Below are positions 13,081 to 26,399 of a stretch of DNA of 64,000 nucleotides, one piece after another (within the stretch, counting starts at the first letter, position 1; each line of letters opens with the position of its first letter). A program made the translations under genes and the position numbers. The DNA lies in NCBI GenBank assembly GCA_013239625.1, contig MU053504.1, positions 374,001 to 438,000 on the forward strand, in the 5' to 3' direction. The notes under the pieces are model-generated. The model was not told the DNA's origin. It did no database searches and worked only from the letters and a program-made list of their open reading frames with translations. This DNA is from Lama guanicoe (taxonomy: Eukaryota).

Positions 13081-15159
13081 GTCTTCCTCACTGAGCTGAG
13101 TTCTAGGTACTCACAGCTAAAAAACTTCCTGAGAGGAAGTGGTCCTAGCTTCTTCCTCAGTAGGTGGAGGAATTAATAAAATGGTGCAGAAGTCAAGTCC
13201 AGGGTCAGATCACAAACTAAATGACGCTCCACCACAATACATACAGATTCCACCAACATGTCTTTCTTCTTCTCCTATCTGACTGTCTTTGTTTTCCATA
13301 GAATCATTCCTCCTGTTATATCAGGGGGATGGACCCTCAGAATTTACCAAAAGATGCCAAAGGGTAGAGCAGTTTGGGTTCTGAGGTGGGAGAGATCCAG
13401 GGCTAATTTTTGATCTGTCACTTGCATGCTGTGTGACCTTGGGCAAGTGGCTTCACCTCTCTGAGCATCAGTTTCTTCACCTGTGACATGAAGCTAATGA
13501 GAGACCCCGTCTCCCCTCAGGGAGGTATGAGAATAAAATGAGATCAAGTATATTAAACTATAAGCTCCGTGCCTAGTACTAAGGTAGGTGCTCAATGAAC
13601 TGGTATCTATTCTTCTCATTATTATCAATTATTTTAGCACAATCCTGCTGCTGTGGAGTAGAAGAGGTTGTTGTTCAGACATCAGTGTAGGGTTAGTAGG
13701 CAGGACACTTACTACATCTCCTTTGAGGACTGCCTTAAGGAAATGCAGAATGAAATTCTTATTAGCACATCAGTCATTTTCCAGTGTAAATGAGTGTCAT
13801 CCTAAGCCTGAAAATTGTACCCCTGAGTCTAGGGAGAAGAAGATGCTGACCCCCTTGGCCCCTTTATCAGCAGCTCAAGCCTCCTGGGGGGGAGGGGAGG
13901 TCAGTGACTGTCCCCCTCCCAGGACGGAGGTGGCCAGCATTCTGAGCTGCCCTCCGTGCTTCCTGACATTTGTGGTTTAATCAAGTCCCATTAATCCCTC
14001 CAAGTTTCAAAGCCCGGCACAGGAACCACAAACTCCCACGGCCTCTGACGGGAATAGTGTGGCTAAAGCCAAGGGGAACTCTTTGAAAGGTAATTAGTGT
14101 CCTTTGAATCCAGGGCCCTTTGATTTTGCTTCCTGGTTTTAAATGGTCACAGGAGATTTTGCAGCAAAGGAGAAAAACAAAAAGGCAGCAGCAAGCCGCT
14201 CGCACTGGGCCTTCTAGCGCCTCTCAAGTCATGCTGTGGCCTGAGAGAGGACGTTTGTGAGTCTGGTCGAGGATAGGTATGTTGTTGAGGGGCTGTTCAT
14301 TTGTTCATTCATTCGTTCAAGCTCGCCCTCTATGCCAGGCCCTGTGCTAAGCACTGGATGGACAGTTTTCATTGATCATTCATTCCTTTTGAATATCTCT
14401 TTGTCAGACACTGAGCCAGGCCCCAGGGCTATAAGCTTATTGTTTCATGGAAGAGGCACCCAATAAACAAGTAAATAAATAAAAATAATTGCTTTGAGAA
14501 GAAAGTACCAAGAACTAAACAGTGTTCATTCAGAGGAGAGCAGGAGCATCTTGACGATGGGGAGTCAGGAAAGGCCACTCCAAGGAGAGCACAGTCAGGA
14601 GGCACCGTGAGGCGCAGAAGCCAGTTACTTAATACAGGGCTGTAGGGGATAAGGAATGGGTAAAGGTTTGTATTGGTTGCCATGGAAACCAATGGGCCAT
14701 GATCGGCTCTGTTTGAGGAAAGCTTGAGGAAGCTTTCTTATGAAAGGAGTCAATACAGTCTAGGTAATGCTGTTGTAACAAACCTGAAGTCTTAAACCAC
14801 AAAGGTGGGCTATTTGCTCAATACCTCTAGTGTGGCTTGGCTGTGGCTCTGCTCCCACCATCATCCTCACACCAGGACACAGTTGCTGTGGCAGAGGGAA
14901 GAGGGAATTCTTGAGAGTCTTGTACCTGCTGCTAAGTTCTCCAGCCAGGCTCAGGAGAATCAGACGTGTTTGGTGAACAATGTTAAGGACAACCTTGGTG
15001 GGTGACTGTGGACTGAGCCTGGCAACAGAGAAGCAGAGCATGTGAATCGCAGCCAGAGGGAGAAGAATGTGCAAAGGCACAGAGGCCTAAAGTGGTCTGC
15101 AGTGTTCAGGCAGCTGGAGTTCTGGCAGGGCTGGAAATAGAGCTGGAAAGATAGTCACA

Positions 15160-15545
15160 AAATCAGACAGAGAAAGACAAATATCATATGATATTACTTA
15201 CATGTGGAATCTAAAAAAGAAAAGATGCAAATTGTATTACAAACCAGAAATAGATTTATAGACATAGAAAATAAACTATGGTTACCAAAGGGGAAGGAGA
15301 GGGATGGATAAGTTAGGAGTTTGAGATTAAGATACACATTACTACACATAAAACAGGTAACAACAAGGACTTACTGTACAGCAAAGGGAACTGTATTCAA
15401 TTCCTTGTAATAAGCAATAATGTAACAGAATCTGAAAATATATATGTGCATGTGTATTTGTATGTATAACTGAATCGCTTTGCTGTACACCTGAAACTAA
15501 CACTGTAAATCAACTATACTTCAATAAGACATAAAATTTAAAAAA
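15160..15545 (+). mobile_element. LINE-1 3' end
   Basis: AGAGAAAGACAAATATCATATG...TGCTGTACACCTGAAACTAAC followed by an A-rich tail. Confidence 0.85.
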
Positions 15546-15864
15546 TCCTATGATAGGTACTATTATTATCTCCATTTTTGAGATGGGAAAATTGAGGACA
15601 CAACTGATGAGTGGTGGGGCTGGTATCTGAACCCTCATGATCCCAATGTCCAAACTCTTAATCTCTATACCATACTGTCTTTAAGGTAGGAAGGGGCCAG
15701 ATTACAAAAGTTCCTCAACACCAAACTAAGGAGATTGGCTTCCACAGGTCCCCCAGTAACAGTTAGAAGCTGGTGGTCATAGTTGTTCAAAATACACATA
15801 CTTTATGTGCATATTCTTCTTCTTATGGAATATTCTTCTCTCCTAAGAAGAAGTGCGGCCCACA

Positions 15865-16040
15865 GGGGAGGGAACAGCTCAGTGGTAGAGTGCATGCTTA
15901 GCACGCACAAGGTCCTGGGTTCAATCCCCAGTACCTCCATTAAAATAAATAAATAAATAAATAAATAAATAAACTAACTAACTAACTAACTTAATTACCT
16001 TCCCTCTTCCACAAAATAAAAATTAAAATTGGTTTAAAAA
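15865..16040 (+). mobile_element. tRNA-derived SINE (vic-1-like) with (TAAA)n/(CTAA)n tail
   Basis: Same head and B box as the other two copies; internal tetranucleotide microsatellite ~15942-15990. Confidence 0.85.
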
Positions 16041-16712
16041 GTGTGTTCCTTCTGATTCTTCTCAAAATGAGAGACTCTCTTAATGCATTTTTTATTTGCC
16101 TTTTTCTTTGAATATAGAGGAAGTTGAAGGAGATGTATGGACCCAGGTGATGGCATAGACGCCTTTTGTTCTTCCTGCCAATCAACATCACAAGAATGAT
16201 ACTAAAGATGTAATGGAGACCATTCCCTTTAGTTCTCCCTGCACTGTCTGGTGCTAACCTTGAACTGTTCCAGGAATGAGCAAATGAGACAGATAAGGAG
16301 AAAGCCTTTCCCCTCCCCTTTTGGAAAGCTGTACAAAGCGGTGGCAGTTTTGTAGCAATCCCATCAGCAGCTTTGGGTTCCACTCTAATTGGCTGTCCAG
16401 TCACATGCCCACATGCTGTAACAAACCACTGTGTCCAGGGAATGCCTGCGTCAGATTGGCTGGGGTTCAGTGCTCCATCCTCAGCCATCCTGGACTGGAG
16501 GAAGAGGGGGCTGGACCACCTCAAAGAAAACCAGGGCGCTTGCCAGAAGAAAGGGCAATGTTTAGGATTAAAACAGGAAAGAATAAATGCCTCCTTTAGG
16601 GGCATTTACTGGCTGATTGAAAATTTCCTTTCCAATCCCTTCCAGGTACAAAAGGGGAGCTCAGACTCTGAGAGGGGAAGGAGGTGTCTGTGGTCACAAA
16701 ACTTATCAGTTG

Positions 16713-17087
16713 TGCTATGCACTGAATGTTCCCTCCACCCCACAAATTCATACCTTGAAGCCCTAATCCCCAGTGTGATAGTATTTGGAGGTGAAGCCTT
16801 TGGAGGTGGTTAGGTTTAGGTGAGGTCGTGATGGTGGAGGCCCCATGATGAGAAAAGTGCCCTTGGAGGAAAAGAAAGAGACCAGAGCCACCCCAACCCC
16901 AGCCATGCCAGGATACTGCAAGAAGGCAGCCGTCTGCAAACCAAGAAACCTCACTGGACACCGAATCTGCCAGCACCTTGATCCTGGACTTCCCAGCTTC
17001 CAGAACTGTGAGAAGTAAATGTTTGTTTTTAAGCCCCACCCACAAGTCTATGGCGTTTTGTTACAGCAGCCCAGATGGACTTAGACA
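16713..17087 (+). mobile_element. MaLR MLT1A-like solo LTR
   Basis: TGCTATG...GAAGCCCTAATCCCCAGTGTGAT...CCAGAACTGTGAGAAGTAAATG...TTAGACA, apparently a complete LTR. Confidence 0.8.
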
Positions 17088-17188
17088 GCAAGAAAACCCA
17101 GGTATGATTCTGGGCCTTGCTCTCTGGCAACTGTCTCCTTGGGGGCAAGGCCAACTGATCCAGGTGCCAAGGGAGCCACTGGGGTTCT

Positions 17189-17867
17189 TTTTTTTTTTAA
17201 CATTTTTTATTGATTTATAATCATTTTACAATGTTGTGTCAAATTCCAATGTAGAGCATAATTTTTCAGTTATACATGAACTTATATATATTCATTGTCA
17301 CATTTTTTTCTCTGTGAGCTATGCAAGATCTTGTGAATATTTCCCTGTGCTATGCAGTATAATCTTGTTTATCTATTCTACAATTTTGAAATCCCAGTCT
17401 ATCCCTTCTGACCCTCCGCCCCCTTGGCAACCACAAGTTTGTATTCTGTCTATGAGTCCATTTCTGTTTTGTATTTATGCTTTGTTTGTTTGTTTGTTTG
17501 TTTGTTTTTTAGATCCCACATATGAGTGATCTCATATGGTATTTTTCTTTCTCTTTCTGGCTTACTTCACTTAGAATGACATTCTCCAGGAGCATCCATG
17601 TTGCTGCAAATGGTGTTATTATTTTTATGGCTGAGTAGTATTCCATTGTATAAATATACCACATCTTCTTTATCCAGTCATCTGTTGATGGACATTTAGG
17701 CTGTTTCCATGTCTTGGCTATTGTAAATAGTGCTGCTATGAACATTGGGGTGCAGGTGTCATTTTGAAGCAGGGTTCCTTCTGGATATATGCCCAGCAGC
17801 GGGATTCCTGGGTCATACAGTAAGTCTATTTCTAGTCTTTTGAGGAATCTCCATACTGTTTTCCACA
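17189..17867 (-). mobile_element. Young 5'-truncated LINE-1 with target-site duplication
   Basis: Poly(T) from ~17189; ORF2 C-terminus open on the minus strand (LWKTVWRFLK...CTPMFIAALFTIAKTWKQPKCPS...); 16-bp TSD GAGCCACTGGGG(T/C)TCT at 17173-17188 and 17868-17883. Confidence 0.93.
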
Positions 17868-20032
17868 GAGCCACTGGGGCTCTAAGGCCACCAGGGAAGA
17901 TTTCTTTTGGGGGTTGGGGGGAGGTTGACAAGGTCTTTGAACAAGGACTTGAAGGATGGACAAAGTTTCTATGCACCAAGAATAAGGAGGAGAACCATCT
18001 ACCCTCAAAGGGAGTTCTCTCTCCCTGGTTCTCGCTTCCTCTGAGGACCGTTACAGTCTGATGGGGGAATAAAGCACGTGGCCAGGCTGTTGCTATAGAG
18101 TGTGACCAGCACATTATAGGAGAAAGGACTATGGAGGGAGATGGGGGCCCAAGCATAGGCCTTTGTCCAGCAGGAGGAGGTCAAGGAGGTTTCCTGGTGG
18201 CAGTGATGTTGAAGCTGAATCTTGAAAGATGAGCACAAGTTAGCTTGAAAGAGAGAAACGGTCTTCTCAGTGATGGGAACGTCATGTGCAAAGGCACAGA
18301 AGCACAGTAGCTCACGATGTGGTTGTAGAAGAGTAAACAGCTCCATATGGAGCCGGACGTCCCAGAGAAAGGTAAGCAGTGAGGCTGGGAATGTCAGCAG
18401 ACCCTGATGGCACAGCTCTGTGTCCAAAGCTGACAGGAGCCCTGACCTTATTCCTCTGGCTTGGGAAGTCTAGGGGAGGGCACAGGAAAGTTGAAATGGA
18501 CAGTAAGCACTTGTAAATATGCAACTGACTATGATCTTGGGAGGGGTGGAGATGACATACGTGTGCAAATCAGGACTCCTGGTTGTTAAGGGGTAGAAGG
18601 AGGTCAACTCAAAACACCTTGGCCCAAAGAGTAGTTTAGAAAGGATCTTGGGGTGACTTGCATTGTCAACTCAAGCTTTGTGAAACATCTACAGGGAGGT
18701 AATTATACAACTTGAAATTTTCTTTCTGCAAGACAGCTGGGCAGTATGAGCTAAAGCCTAAAACATACGTATTCCTTAACCTAGAAATTCTGCTTCTAGG
18801 AATTTATCCTAAAAAAAATCAGTGAAGATGATGGTGAAGATTGAGCTTCAAGGATGTTCATTACACTGTTTATATGGGAAATAAATGAAAACAATCTGAA
18901 TATCCAAAAATAGGAGGCTGGTCTATATAATGACTGAAAGTCTGATGATGAACTATTCTTTAGTCATTCGACGTGCTGCTGTGGTAAAGATCAACAATTC
19001 CCAGACTCTTGTCCGTGGGCCAGGGCTGCTCCATGAGAAAGTTGTTGCTAGTCTATGGGAAAAATCAGAAAAATAGAGACAACAGCAAGATGTTCATAAA
19101 ACTTTTTTTTTTCTGTAACATTACCTCCATTCTACTTCTTTGGCTTAATGATGATAAGGGATGTTAACTTTTTTCTTCTTTCTAGGCTGCCCATCACAAA
19201 AATCAAATTAACAGTGGCATAAACAAGTAGGGGTGTATTTTTTTTCACATTCCAAGAAGTCTGGCAGCAGTGACTAGTGGGGAAGATTCACTGCTCACCA
19301 ATGCTAGGCAAGTAGGGGGCTCTGTGATTCTTTTACCTTTTCCCTCATGGTCTCAAGAAGGCTGCCACTACTCTTGACAAGATATTCATGGTTCAAAGTA
19401 GGAAGAGTGAGGATAAGATGGTGCCAGTAATGTTTTTCCCTTTTACGGGGAAGCAAAACTTTCCTAGAAGTCTCCAGCAAACTTCCTCCTATGTATCATT
19501 CGCTAAATTAAGTCACAGGGCCACCCTTAGCCACAAGGGGGTCTAGGAAATCAAGAATCTGACCAAAGGAAATCGCATTTCCACATTGGGTTTACTAATG
19601 ATGATTAATTGCCCAGGACAGCGTACATAGCCCCCTCAAACAGAACCAAAAAGAATAGGGTAGGGTGGTAGGAAACAGGTGTTGAGAAGCCAGCTAGCCA
19701 TGCCTGCCACACATGATGGAAAGAAAGTTGGCAACCTGCCACCAGTCCCCGCTAATTTTTGGAAGGTGAAATATACTGGTCCATGAAATGCTGAAGACTA
19801 GGAACCACTGGAATAGATGACTGGTTTTTCAAGCCGGATTCCTGTGTTGCCCAGAGTTATTGAGGGGCTACTGTTTGGGTGAGAAAGTGGGGAAAAGGGT
19901 GGAAGCACTAGCCCCAAATTGTCCTTCAACCCAAACACCTCCATTCTTACCTGAATATTATGTTGAGCATCCACATGAGATTCCACTTGATGTAGAAGTA
20001 TGTATGCTTTTCTGTATTTAGGTGTGTATATG

Positions 20033-20114
20033 CATATATGTGTGTGTGTGTGTGGTACTTTTATAAATAAGTCTACATATTTATACATATGTGTGTATTT
20101 GAGAGAGAGAGAGA
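20033..20114. repeat. (TG)n and (GA)n microsatellites
   Basis: Dinucleotide runs visible directly. Confidence 0.8.
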
Positions 20115-21827
20115 TCTAGAAAGATACATGCAGGTGGTTTCAAACTGGTAACCCCCCAGAGCCTCAGTCAGTATTTGAAATCTCTTTGACTTTTAAATGT
20201 CTTTCTATTGACTACATATGCTCAATTACTCCACAGATTCAGATATTCTTGATATTTTTAATATCACAATTCACATATTTATATTAATCTTCATATCAAT
20301 TAAGCACCCTCCTCACACATTAAATTAATACCACTTGATTCATACATATTTATTCATTTTAATACCACCCGATTCACATTTACATCAACTGTAATGTGCA
20401 TTTAGATTGTGACCCCTGAATACACCAGTGCATTAACAATGACTCCCTCTGGGTGATGGGTCATTTTAAATTTTTTCCTTTTCCTGGTCTGGACTGTCTA
20501 ATTTTGCTAACATAAACAAGACATGGCTTTTGTAATAAGGGGGAAAGACGCCATTTTAATTAAAAAGTAATAACAATGTGGCCTGTGATCCCGTGGGCTG
20601 CTGGGCCAGGCTCCATCTGCGCTGCTGCTCCTGCCTCCCCATCCTGCCTCAAATGTGCCTTGAATGTGCTGCCAAGTGAGTGATTGACAGGGGTCCCAGC
20701 CTTGCCCTATGAGTAAGGCTCTCCCCAGAGGTGTGAGTGAGATGGGGGCAGGACACCCTCTAAAGAAGGGGCCCTTCCTGGAAGAGTTTAGATACCCAAT
20801 TGGGGTCTGAGGCTCTTCCAAGGGCTGAACTCAAGTGTCGGGGACAGGGTTCCTGCAAATGCCAATTGCTTTCCTCTGACGGGGGCTGGTGATAGATATA
20901 CTGCTTCAAGCTAATGCAGTATTATTGCAACAAAGCTCCACTCACAGCTACTGCAAATCACCAGGACATCTGGTTCGAATCTTTTCTCATTAAGACCTAA
21001 CAAAATAAAAGCTGAAATCTAAGCCACTCCTTTAACACCCTGTATCTCATCCTCCTTTCTTCCTCTTCCTTTCTTTTCCCCCTTCTCTTTCTCTTTTTCT
21101 CTTGCACTACAGAAACTTCCAACCAGGTGTAAGAGTTTAGAAATTGCCTTTCTGTCCGTTTTACAGATGGAGACACTGAGGCCCAGGGAGAAACAGTGAC
21201 TGTATCACAAACCTTCTTACTGACCTGCTAAGTAGCCTGTGGCAAGCAACTTGGTGTCCCTCAATTTCCTTATCTAAAAGGCAGGATGGTGCTGACACCC
21301 CACCCTGCACACCCCATCACCTCCAAGGGCCCTCTGCTAAGAGCAGACAGGAAAGTGGGCAAGAAGGGCTGGGTGATCAGCAAGGCTGTTGTCACTTCGC
21401 TCAAGGGCTTCTAATTAAAACTGGTGGTGGAACAATGTCTTTCTAGAACTTGAATCCCCTGATTTCTAATTGTAGCATCCTCTACAATTTATTTGGGAAG
21501 AAGGACTGGGAAGACAGTGATAGTAACACCTTTAACATACCAGGTGCTACATTCAGTGCTTTAGGAATAAGTTCAGCATCACAGATGAGAGCAACGTTCT
21601 GCAGTCAAGCTATGACCTTGAGCGAACACATCACTCTATCTCAGTTTCCACATGTGATTGATGGGGTGATAATAATGCCTACCTAATAAGCTTGACGTGA
21701 GGATGAAACGAGAGCATGTGTGCATATGGTTAGACTTTACCATGGCGAGCATATGTGCACAAACGATGGAGTCTTTGCTTTCTCTAACTGATCTCTTTGC
21801 CTCTCTGGTCGTTTGATAGCAGTGCAC

Positions 21828-21872
21828 CGTGTGCGTGTGCGCGTGTGCGTGTGTGTTTGTGTGTGTGTGTGT
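21828..21872. repeat. (TG/CG)n alternating purine-pyrimidine repeat
   Basis: CGTGTGCGTGTGCGCGTGTGCGTGTGTG... Confidence 0.9.
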
Positions 21873-22479
21873 AAAAGAAACTCCCAGGAATCCTGCTTCC
21901 TCTATCTCTTTTTCCCCGACTTGTCTCTCTTCCCTGATCTTCCTTCCTAGGCAGAAGGGACATCCCTAACAACTTATCTCAGGCATTTTCCTTCGTATGG
22001 TTTGTGGTCAAGATCCATCTTCCTGTTCATCAGGTCAAGGTCAGGCTCTTCACGTATTTGATGAAACCCCAGAAATTGAAAACATTTGTTTCTCTCTAAA
22101 TAACTTAGGCTTTCAAGACTCCTTCCTAGAGAGGGACTCAGAGTTCCTATTTTGAGAATCCAAGGCTGAACATCAATTTTTTCCCTGGAGCTTCTGCTGT
22201 GATGATCCTGATTCCCTAGAAAGCAAATGGATGCCTCTGGCTGCCTGGAGGAAGCTTAGATACTAGGAAAGGGAAAAGGAAAGAGAATATGGAAATATTT
22301 CAAAATTGTAATCCTTGTTACAGGATTTAATCCGCGAGGCATTTCCTCGGTACGTGGCTTAAACAGAACTCAGTGGTCTTGGCCAATTTATTATGTTTAC
22401 TATTGTCGCTGTTATTATTCTCATTAATTATCTACAATATAAGGTGTCATCCTTATACCCACTTTTGAAAAAAGAAAGC

Positions 22480-23985
22480 CACTTTATTCAAGTATAACTT
22501 ACATACGTTGTGACTTGTATTCCAAGTGAACACACCACGTAACTGTCATCCCCCATGCTCCCTTCCAGCCATTCCTCCCTCCCTGCTCCAGAGACAACCC
22601 TCATTATAATTTCTAACACCATCAAGTGGTTTTGCCTGGTTTTGAACTTGAAGTACATGGAATCAGGCAGTATTCTGGCTGTGTCTGGCTTCTTTTACTT
22701 AAAATTGTTGATGGTAAGATTCTCTCATCTTGTCACATGAAGTAAAAACACATTTATTTTTGTTGCTCTTCAATTTTCTACTGTGTAAATATACCACAGT
22801 TTATTCACTCATTCCACTGGCAATGGGCATCTGAATTATTCCCAGTTTGGAGCTATCCTATACCACAAGTCTATGAACAGTTTATATATATCTTCGGTGC
22901 TCATTTGGACTAATTTCTATTGGGTATAAACCTGGGAGTGGAATTGCTGACCGCAGGGTGTGCATACATTTGTCTTACTAGATACTATTAGTTTCCTGAA
23001 GTGGCTTCACCGATTTAAGCCAAGATGTGTAAAAGTTTCAGTTGCTCCACATCCTTGGCTACACTTGCTAATGTCAGTCTCTTCCCTTTTAGCCTTGTTT
23101 GGTGAGTGTGTGGGGGTGTCTCATCAAGGATGGAAATTTCATTTCCCTGATAACCACGTGCCTTATTCACCACTTGGATCATCTCTTTCATGAAATACTT
23201 GTCTGTGTGTGTTGTCCTTTTGTAAGTTTCATAAATTTTAATAAATTCAGTTTATCAGTCTTTTCCTTTATGGTTAATGTTTTGCTGAACTGTTTAAGGA
23301 ATCTGCCTAACCCAAGGCCATGAAGAAATTTACCTCTTGTTTTACTTAGTTTTAATTTTCACATTTAAGTTTCAAATTTAATTTCACAAACCACTTGGAT
23401 TTTTTTTCTTTGTATCTGTGAGGTAGGGAATCAAGATTCATTTTTTTCCCAAATTGAACATCCAACTGTCCTACCACCATTTATGGGAAAGTATACCCTT
23501 TCCTCACTGTGCTATACTGTCAGTTTTGTCCTAAATCAAGTATCACATACATTCAGGTCTGGTTCCAGCCCCTCTCTCCATTTCATTGGTGTCTTTTGCT
23601 AATACTACATTGTCTTAATTACTGGTTTAATAATACATCCTGGTATCTGCTAGAGTAAATTTTCCTAACCTTCTTCTACAAGATTTTAGTGGTAACTCTC
23701 AGCTGTTTGGCATTTTCATGTAAATTTTAGAATCAGCTTGACTTTTCTATTTTCACAAACAAAAGGAGAGAAAGAGAGGGAAGGAGAGAGAGAGAGACAG
23801 AGAGAGAGGGAAGGGAGGGAGGAAGGGAGGAAGGAGGGAGGGGAGAAGGGAGGAAGGAGGGAGGGGGGAAGGGAGGAAGGAAGGAGGGAAGGAAGGAAGG
23901 AAAATTTCCTGGGATTCTGATTGAGATTACATTGAATTTGTAGGTCAAATCAGGGAGAACTGACATAATTGCAAACTGAACAAAC
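22480..23985 (-). mobile_element. Old L1 (L1ME/MD-like) containing a GA-rich repeat at 23765-23903
   Basis: Antisense L1 3' motifs (GGAGTGGAATTGCTG, CAGTTGCTCCACATCCTTG) with an inserted (GGAA/GGGA)n purine tract. Confidence 0.7.
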
Positions 23986-26399
23986 ATGAACATGTATATA
24001 CCTATTTTAGAGATGAGAAAATGGGTATCTTATCAGCCACGCCATGAAGCCCAGGCCACTGATTCCCCTTCTGGTATCTGGTCTGGTCCTCCCAAGGCCA
24101 AAGAAGGCCAAGCCTGGAAGGAGTGGTCCTTGTTTTATCTTCTCCCCCACGTCTCCTCCCTATCCCAACTGCTCACCCCACCAAAGCCTACAGGAACTTA
24201 ACTCTTCTTTTAGGACATGGGATAAAGAACTTTATTATTTTTTAAAATTCCCTCCAAGTCTTTTCCTAATATTTGGCTTTAGGTGACAGCTCTGACCTCA
24301 TCTCCCACCTCTCCTTCTTCCTCCCTGGGGTCTGGACACACATGCCAGGCACACTCCCCTTTTCTGGAAAAACTAGCTTTGCCTCCACTTATAATTCAAT
24401 TCCTTTATTCCATATAAATTTGTGTTTTTTGACTTTTCCTTTGAGCCAGTTATGACATCCATCTGGTTCTCTTATCATTTAACAAGGTAAATAAAATCTT
24501 TAACACATGGTCATTTTTAAATTTGCATGAGAGTCATAATTTTACCTTTTTCTGAAGGTTATCTTTTAACGTGGCCTTAGAAATCAGTGCCTGATCCTTA
24601 TGGCAAGAGCCCTCGAAATCAAACGTCCCGTCCCCCCTTGATGACCTCCAGTGCTCTTAAGTCTCAGCCCTTCCTCGTGTATTTTCTAGATAATCCTCAT
24701 ACAGTACGCTACTTATCACCCTTCAGTTTACAAATGAGGAAATTTGGGCTCAGAGAAGCAAAGCAGCTTAGCCAAGGTTACCCAGCTAAAGCCAGCAATT
24801 TCTCTTTCTGGACCTCTGTCTCTGTGTGTGTGCATGTGTGTTGCCTCCTTGACTAGACTGTGACTCCAGCTCCAGGTGGACTCCAAAAGATCCATTTGGA
24901 AACAGTCTGGTGTGTGATGTGGGCCAGGTGGTTAAAGAGCAGCTTCCAGAGGCCTCGGCAGGTCACTCGATCTCGAGGGAGTGAGGTTGCAACATTACCG
25001 TTGGTCGTGCCTTTGACCTCTCCAAATCCTGAAGAATAGTCCAGGCCAATGCAGTGGCCCACTCCGTCTCTCCCTACATCTCCCCACTGAGAAACTTGCT
25101 CAAGGTCAAACTGCTTATAAGAGTTGGAGCCTGGACGTGAACCCAAGAAGTTCGACCTTGTATGTGGCAGTATTCAAGACCTGGACTTAAGCCCAAGTTT
25201 GTTCTTTTCAGCAGTGTGGCAAGTTATTTAACCTCCCTGAGTTACTTAACCTCTCATGAAGTAGTTAAGATAACTGAATTAGATAATGTAAGCCAAGTGC
25301 CAGACTTGGTAAATCCTCAATAAAAAGTGCTGCTTCCCAAGACCTCATTATTTCAAATAATGCACCACCGCTGAGGAGCCCCTGCCATGTGCCAGGCACT
25401 GTGCCAGGTGCTTTGGTGACATCATCTCCAGGGTTCCTCCCAACAGTCCTTGGGGAGATATCATTATAAACCCTATTTGACAATTTGGTAAGTTGTTTGC
25501 CCAAATTTGCACAGAGAGTAAGCAGTGAGGTGGAGCTATAAACCATGTTGCCATCACTCCAAGACCTAGACACTTTTCTCCTTTATGCATTCATTAACTC
25601 ATTCAATTCAACAAATATTTATTGAGATTCTACTATATATGCAAGTCTCTGTTCTAGGAGCTAGAAGTACAGCGGTGAACCAGGCACAGATCCCTGTGCT
25701 CATGAATCCGATGTTCCAGTTACAGGAGCATCGAGCACAGCTTCTGGCCTTTCAGGGTGAGGCTGGTTACCCATCCCACCTGCCTGACCAAGGTGGGATA
25801 AGTGCCCGATGGGTCTTTTGGGCTGGGGCTAGACTTTTCCCACCGCTCAGTGGGCAGGGGAAAGGATCAGGGCCAAATCAATGAAAGGATGAATATAAAG
25901 ACGTCTGCTGAGGGCAGTAGGGAAGGGCCTCGGAAACAGCAGAGCAGACTGTCAGCGTCCCCTGGGACTTGGCTTCCCTGAAAACTGTCTCTCCCTGTGG
26001 TCAACAATGCCCAGAGGAAAAAACAGGTATTTCCATGCATGAAGGCTCTAACTGCACTGTGGACAGAACCTGCAGTGGGACCCCCAATCTAGGGTTCCCC
26101 TGAAACTCCAGGTAGAAAGAATCAGGATGAAGGAGACATGGGAACCTCACCCTGCATGGCTGCCCTTCCTGGGCATTTGGGTGGGCCCGGGCGCCCTCTT
26201 GTGGCTTCCCTTGTCAATGCGTGGCCCCTCCATGTGTCCCTGTGGTTGGAGGGGCTGCCCATAACTAGACCATTTCTCTGTCTCCAGCCTGGACCCTTTT
26301 CCCTATTCCTAGCCTTTCCTGTCTATAGCTGAGGTCTGAAAAACTTAGTCACAGCTTTCTGACCTATTCCTGCATAGACCTTGGAACACAAAACTTCGG

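Noticed and set aside
15991..16605. 204-aa minus-strand ORF
   Set aside because: No recognisable protein, runs into a SINE tail and has no evident splice support.
17509..18156. 215-aa minus-strand ORF
   Set aside because: Truncated L1 ORF2 C-terminus fused by chance to flanking DNA.
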